NCBI GenBank assembly: GCA_031406795.1
Contig: JANOHV010000107.1
Span: 1-45,667, forward strand
Direction of reading: 5' to 3'
Length of the DNA: 45,667 nt
From: Candidatus Rokuibacteriota bacterium
Lineage (GTDB): Bacteria > JAUVQV01 > DATDCY01
The notes below the pieces were generated by a model. It was given only the letters and a program-made list of their open reading frames with translations. It was not told where the DNA came from and did no database searches. Of the stretch, positions 40,993 through 45,667 are shown one piece after another. The position numbers and the translations under genes were made by a program. Positions within the stretch are counted from its first letter, which is position 1, and each line of letters opens with the position of its first letter.

Positions 40993-43900
40993 CTAGCCAC
41001 CCCTGCGATTCGTCTCAAACATTTCCGCCGGCATCGGATGACGCAGGCGGTAGACCACCTTGATCGGCCGCTCGCTCTCATACCGCTCCACGTCGGCGGG
41101 CCCGAGATAGGTGAAGGGAACCGTCGCACCGTTGCGCTGCTTCACATCGCGGGCGAACAGAAGGATCGTGTATCCCCGCTCTTGGTGTCGGATGATGTTC
41201 TGTCCGGTGGGGCTCGCCTGGCTGGTGTTCGACTGTGACTCCCAATGAAACAGCTCGCGGCTAATCGGGTAGTCGGCATACATGGTGCTTGGCGAGAATT
41301 CTCGCTCTGATTTCTGAAAGGTGACGAGCATGGCGTAGGCGTTGAGGTGGGGTACATGGAGCACGCCGACGCCTATCTGCCCGGTCGTATCGATAGTTGC
41401 CAATCCCAGGGCGGCGCTAATGTCCAGGCTGCCGTATCTCGCGTGCAACTCGAGCGGAGAGGCAAAGGGGAGGGCAATCGTCACGGGTGAGACCCTGGAT
41501 TCCTCGGCAGCCCACTCGAGCACCTCGACCGCATCGGCGAGGATGGCGGGGTTCTCCCCGATCCTCGCAAGGGAATCACGGACCGTCCTAAATTGGCGCT
41601 GACTCCCGCCTCGGCCCCAGTAGCGGTAGTGCGTCGCGACCTCGAAGTTCTCGGCAGCGACCAGTGCGCCATCGACGTCACCGCTGAGGAGCTGGTTTGT
41701 CACGCCGCGAAGTCTGGCGAGTTCCTGCGGTCCATTCACTGAAGCCAGGCGTATCAGGGAGGATCGCAGCTGTTCATGATCGGGATCGGTCGGCGCCGGC
41801 CGCAGCCTGGACCTGGCTTTCCATCCCGACCAGCTCTCCCGCTTGAGAAGTACCTCGGGCTCGTAGTCGTGATAGCGGACGAAGTTGGCAAAGGTCAGTG
41901 ACTGTTGGGCCTCGCTTTCGAAGGTCTGTATCCGCTCGGGGATCTGGACGGCGAGGTTCAACAAGTTGGCCCGGATGTTCGCGAGCACGTAATCCCGCGC
42001 AACCGGATCCAGTTGAATCGAACAACCGGCCGGCAGGTGCGGGAAGTTCTTCTCAACCTCCTTGTCGATGCCGTAGCGGTGCCGCGGCAGCAGCGCTTTC
42101 AGCTTGAGATCGATGCGGTACTTCCTATGAGCCTGCCCAACGAAATCGAGGACCGTCAACGCGTCCTTGTCAGGCGCCCGGCGCAGGCCGCGTCCGAGCT
42201 GCTGCAGGAAGATGGTGAGGCTTTCCGTGGGTCGCAGGAACAAGACGGTGTTAATTTCCGGGACGTCGAGCCCCTCGTTCAGCACGTCCACGGTGAACAG
42301 GAAGGTGAGCTTCCCCGCGCGCAGCTCCTCGATCAGGCGGCCGCGATCGGCATCGCTGGTGTCGCCAGTGAGCACTGCCGAGGGGATCTCCTTCTCCGAG
42401 AACATGCGGGCCATGAACGCGGCGTGCCCGACGTTGACGCAGAAACCAATTCCCTTGACGCGCGTCAGGTCGGGTTCGTACTTCGCGAGCGCGGCCTGGA
42501 TGGCGTCCAGTCGCTGGAGCGCCAGGGCGTGGGCGCCGGTGTAGACTTTCTCCAGTTCGCTGCCGACGTATTTGCCGCCGGCCCAGAAATGGTCGGCATC
42601 CAGAGAGACTGGATCGGTAACCCCGAAGTAGTGGAAGGGGCACAGCAGCTTCTCCTCGAGCGCTTCGGGCAATCTGATCTCGGCGGCGAAACGGTTGCCG
42701 AAGTCCGCTGCCACCGGCTTGCCGTCCATGCGCTCCGGCGTGGCCGTCAGCCCGAGGAGAATGCGGGGCGTGAAGTGATCGAAGAGGGGGCGATAGCTCT
42801 GCGCTGTGCCGTGGTGCGCCTCGTCGACCACGATGTAGTCGTAGAAGTCGCCGCCGACCTGCTCCCAGAATTTCCGGGTGGAAAGCATGCCCACGGAGCA
42901 GAAGAGGTGATCCGCCCGGGCCGGCTGATGAGAGCCGACCAGCAACTCGCCGAAACCTGGCATGCGCAGCACGTTGCGGAAGGTCCCCAGGGCCTGCGTG
43001 AGAATCTCCTGCCGATGCGCGACGTAGAGGAGCCGGGCCTGCCGGCGGCGCGCCGTGTAGAATCGCTCGAAGTCGAAGGCAGCCACGACGGTCTTCCCGG
43101 TGCCGGTTGCGGCAATCACCAGGTTGCGCCAGTGATTATGCGCGGTCCGTTCGGCTTCGAGGGCTTCGAGGATGCGCTCCTGGAAGGGGTGCGGCGTCAG
43201 GTCGAAGAACGGCGCAGCGGCGGGGCCGGTGCGGTTTAACTCACGCGCGATCGCCTCGCGGAAACGCTGCGGGGCGGCGGGGTCGAAGTCCTGGAACTCA
43301 CGACTGTGCCAGTAGGTGTCGAACTCCGCGCGGAAGCGTTCGAGGATGTGCGGCATGTCGCGGGCGGTGACCTTGAGGTTCCACTCCAACCCGCTGGTCA
43401 TCGCGGCGCCGGACATGTTCGCAGAGCCAATGTAGGCGACGGAGAATCCGGAGGCACGGCGCAGGTGGTACGCCTTTGCGTGGAGGCGGGTGCGCTGGGT
43501 ATCGTAGGAGACGCGGACCTTCACGTTCGGCAAGCGGGCGAGCCACTCGACGGCGGGGGGATCGGAGGCGCCCATGTAGGAGGTGGTGATCACCCGGACC
43601 GGGATACGGCGGTCGCGCATCTCCTCGAAGGCTGGCATCAGCAGGCGCAGGCCCGACCACTTGATGAACGAGATCAGGATGTCGACCTGGTCGGCTGAAG
43701 CCATTTCGGCGGCTAGTTCCCGCGCAAGCGGCGGGTCTCCGGGCGCACCGGTAAAGAGCGACGTCTCGGTGAGCGGAGTCTCGGGGCGCACGTAGCGCGC
43801 CGCAAGGGCGTGCGGTGGCGAGATCTCGACGAGGAGGGGTTTGGGGTCGGGCAGCAGAGTTCGGTTCGCGAGGTGATCGTGGTCTTGGAATCCGGAAATG

Positions 43901-44124
43901 ATCTTGATCACCCGGTTGGCGATCTCCAACCGAACAACTGGATTGCGCTCCTCGCGTAATGCCTGCTCAAGGACGCGCGACACGAAGGCGGTGTATCGGG
44001 CCGGTTCCTCTTCGGGGTCGAGCTTGCCGAAGACGCTGCGCAATTCGGGGTGGCGGTCCAGAATCTCCTGGAGGTTTAGATGGCGCAGTTCCTCATAGAT
44101 ACCGAAGGCCGGCACGTCACTCAT
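40993..44124 (-). CDS. PLD nuclease-SF2 helicase-DUF3427 protein, SauUSI-like type IV restriction enzyme
   Basis: RLHAKAY...IGSANMS PLD motif, ATGTGKT, VDEAHH, GLTATPER, QQLGRGLR, C-terminal FHWESQS (DUF3427-like). Confidence 0.88.
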   Translation of the reverse strand: MSDVPAFGIYEELRHLNLQEILDRHPELRSVFGKLDPEEEPARYTAFVSRVLEQALREERNPVVRLEIANRVIKIISGFQDHDHLANRTLLPDPKPLLVEISPPHALAARYVRPETPLTETSLFTGAPGDPPLARELAAEMASADQVDILISFIKWSGLRLLMPAFEEMRDRRIPVRVITTSYMGASDPPAVEWLARLPNVKVRVSYDTQRTRLHAKAYHLRRASGFSVAYIGSANMSGAAMTSGLEWNLKVTARDMPHILERFRAEFDTYWHSREFQDFDPAAPQRFREAIARELNRTGPAAAPFFDLTPHPFQERILEALEAERTAHNHWRNLVIAATGTGKTVVAAFDFERFYTARRRQARLLYVAHRQEILTQALGTFRNVLRMPGFGELLVGSHQPARADHLFCSVGMLSTRKFWEQVGGDFYDYIVVDEAHHGTAQSYRPLFDHFTPRILLGLTATPERMDGKPVAADFGNRFAAEIRLPEALEEKLLCPFHYFGVTDPVSLDADHFWAGGKYVGSELEKVYTGAHALALQRLDAIQAALAKYEPDLTRVKGIGFCVNVGHAAFMARMFSEKEIPSAVLTGDTSDADRGRLIEELRAGKLTFLFTVDVLNEGLDVPEINTVLFLRPTESLTIFLQQLGRGLRRAPDKDALTVLDFVGQAHRKYRIDLKLKALLPRHRYGIDKEVEKNFPHLPAGCSIQLDPVARDYVLANIRANLLNLAVQIPERIQTFESEAQQSLTFANFVRYHDYEPEVLLKRESWSGWKARSRLRPAPTDPDHEQLRSSLIRLASVNGPQELARLRGVTNQLLSGDVDGALVAAENFEVATHYRYWGRGGSQRQFRTVRDSLARIGENPAILADAVEVLEWAAEESRVSPVTIALPFASPLELHARYGSLDISAALGLATIDTTGQIGVGVLHVPHLNAYAMLVTFQKSEREFSPSTMYADYPISRELFHWESQSNTSQASPTGQNIIRHQERGYTILLFARDVKQRNGATVPFTYLGPADVERYESERPIKVVYRLRHPMPAEMFETNRRGG

Positions 44125-44228
44125 TCAACGTCTTTTATGATCGAGCATAAGCGGATTTTGTCATCTCTGGTACAATTTAGCACAAATGATATTGTCCATA
44201 TTCGCATCGTGGCTATGGAGGTGACGTG

Positions 44229-44480
44229 ATGGAGGCTCTTCATCCGCAGTATGTAGTCGATGAACGAGGCATACCACACAGCGTCGTACTGGAAATAGGC
44301 GAATTTCGGAGCCTGCTCCAATCGGCCGGTGTTCAGATGCAGGATCTCCCGCTGGCCCGACCTCTGCGATTGAGCGACCTGGGCTGGGGCGGCGCTGATG
44401 CACTGGATACGCGCATTCGCCTGCGGTCCTTCGAGGATGATTGGGGAGCGCCCGGAATGGATGCTTATGACAATGTTTAA
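44229..44480 (+). CDS. Putative antitoxin
   Basis: Small acidic ORF with GGAGG RBS, overlapping the toxin start; C-terminal WGAPGMDAYD. Confidence 0.6.
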   Translation: MEALHPQYVVDERGIPHSVVLEIGEFRSLLQSAGVQMQDLPLARPLRLSDLGWGGADALDTRIRLRSFEDDWGAPGMDAYDNV

Positions 44481-44814
44481 AAGAGGCGACGTCGTTGTCG
44501 TCCGGTATCCCAACTCCGACCTTGTTACGTATAAGAAACGGCCCGCGCTCGTCGTCCAGGCTGATGACCTGGAAACCGGGATCAATCAGTCCCTGGTAGC
44601 ACTCATGACCACCAATGCGCAGCGAACTGGGCCCACCCGTGTGCCGTTCGAGAGAGCCAGTTCCGGTGGCCGTGCCATGGGGCTGCTCAGTGATTCCATT
44701 GTGGTAACAGACAACCTAGCCACCGTGCTTCACCGCGAAATCGACAAGGTCATCGGAACCTGTCCTCGAATGGCTGACGTTGACGACGCGCTACGTCGCA
44801 CACTGAGTCTGTAA
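44467..44814 (+). CDS. PemK/MazF family toxin
   Basis: KRGDVVVVRYPNSD..KKRPALVVQ, ALMTT, GLLSDS...DNLAT. Confidence 0.88.
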   Translation: MTMFKRGDVVVVRYPNSDLVTYKKRPALVVQADDLETGINQSLVALMTTNAQRTGPTRVPFERASSGGRAMGLLSDSIVVTDNLATVLHREIDKVIGTCPRMADVDDALRRTLSL

Positions 44815-44817
44815 AGC

Positions 44818-45210
44818 GTGTCGGTAACTGACCTGACTGACGCGATCCGCGGCGCCGCTGTCGGCGAGATCGAGCGCCGGGCGGACGGTGGCGTGCGCCA
44901 GCGGTACGTCTTCAACGCGGATTTTCCGGGATTCGCCGGCCACTTCCCGGGGCGGCCGATCCTCCCGGCGGTGCTGCAGATCATGGCGGCGAGCCTGCTG
45001 GTCGAGGCGGCGACGGGAGAGCGCCTGCAACCCGCTGCGATCGAGAGGGCGAAGTTTGTGCTCCCCATCGTCCCGGGAGCGCTGGTCGAGATCGCCTGCC
45101 GCCGCCTTTCCGGGGCGGTCGCCGATCTCTGGGAGATCCGCATCGACGCGGACCGGCAGGCGGCGGCGTCATTTTTCCTGACGCTGCGCGCGCCGGCGGC
45201 GGGCGCGTGA
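44818..45210 (+). CDS. FabZ/ApeI-like hotdog dehydratase
   Basis: FAGHFPGRPILPAVLQI, AKFVLPIVPG. Confidence 0.85.
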   Translation: MSVTDLTDAIRGAAVGEIERRADGGVRQRYVFNADFPGFAGHFPGRPILPAVLQIMAASLLVEAATGERLQPAAIERAKFVLPIVPGALVEIACRRLSGAVADLWEIRIDADRQAAASFFLTLRAPAAGA

Positions 45211-45667
45211 GAAAACCTTATTTCGACGGCCGGGAGGGGGATCCGCCGCCGCTCCGGTCGCTCGTCCGTCGCCGGGTCCGCTTCGAGGAAGTCGATCCAA
45301 TGGGCATCGTCTGGCACGGGCGCTACCCGGGGTATTTCGAGGATGGCCGGGTCGCGCTCGGCAGCCGCTACGGTATCGGGTACGAGGACTTCTTCCGCCA
45401 CGGCGTGCCGGCGCCGATCCGGCGACTCCAGATCGACTACCTGGCGCCGTTGCGGTTCCAGCAGGATTTCTCCGTCGAGGCGATCCTTCACTGGTCGGAC
45501 GCCGCCCGCCTCGATTTCGAATTCCTCATCCGCGGCGAGAGCGAAACCCTCCTGGCCACCGGTTGCTCGGTCCAGCTGATGGTCGACCCGGTGGGGGGTC
45601 TGCTGTTGCTGCCGCCGCCTTTCCGGGGCGGTCGCCGATCTCTGGGAGATCCGCATCGACGCGGACC
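45207..45667 (+). CDS. Acyl-CoA/ACP thioesterase (YbgC/4HBT, ApeK-like), 3' partial
   Basis: GTGA overlap with the dehydratase; RVRFEEVDPMGIVWHGRYPGYFEDGR; no stop, so absent from the ORF track; sequence after ~45609 is suspect. Confidence 0.85.
   Translation, partial: MRKPYFDGREGDPPPLRSLVRRRVRFEEVDPMGIVWHGRYPGYFEDGRVALGSRYGIGYEDFFRHGVPAPIRRLQIDYLAPLRFQQDFSVEAILHWSDAARLDFEFLIRGESETLLATGCSVQLMVDPVGGLLLLPPPFRGGRRSLGDPHRRG
45609..45667 (+). repeat. Exact 59-bp copy of 45096-45154 at the window end
   Basis: CTGCCGCCGCCTTTCCGGGGCGG...GACGCGGACC is identical at both sites. Confidence 0.9.

Larger units (their letters stand above)
40954..44847. mobile_element. Integrase-less defence island flanked by diverged direct repeats
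   Basis: Imperfect direct repeats at 40954-40991 and 44811-44847 (10-bp exact core AAGCGTGTCG); lower GC than the flanks; cargo unrelated to the surrounding operon. Confidence 0.7.

Overview
High-GC bacterial DNA, apparently from an anaerobe (the gene content is Desulfobacterota-like; this is an inference). Roughly 1-10 kb is housekeeping: a thermonuclease, uvrA, peptide ABC ATPases, an FmdB-family protein, mutM, a ferredoxin, iscU, and an M48 peptidase with two YbjQ genes. The FmdB gene ends in UGA-GGC-UAG followed by an fdhF-like GGUC hairpin, so it is a candidate selenoprotein. From about 10.0 kb to the end is a large, divergently transcribed type II fatty-acid/polyketide cluster for an unusual lipid. 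It combines aryl-polyene-type genes (FabG, two hotdog dehydratases, LolA-like, MMPL, DUF3261, thioesterase) with flexirubin/DAR-locus-type genes (a DarB-like KAS III with altered catalytic residues, BtrH-like, ABC exporter). It also carries many tailoring enzymes: two intact B12-dependent radical SAMs plus a remnant of a third, a SPASM radical SAM, a PaaK-like ligase, a CrtI-like oxidoreductase, two crotonases, a 3-hydroxyacyl-CoA dehydrogenase, an O-methyltransferase, a sulfotransferase and an Omp85 barrel. Two blocks interrupt the cluster. One is a katG-containing accessory block. The other is a 3.9-kb integrase-less defence island (SauUSI-like type IV restriction enzyme plus a PemK/MazF toxin-antitoxin pair) flanked by diverged direct repeats of the 5' end of the dehydratase gene. 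Several dispersed non-coding repeat families are present. The last 59 bp duplicate an earlier stretch and are probably an assembly artefact. All family assignments are from motif recognition by eye; no searches were run.
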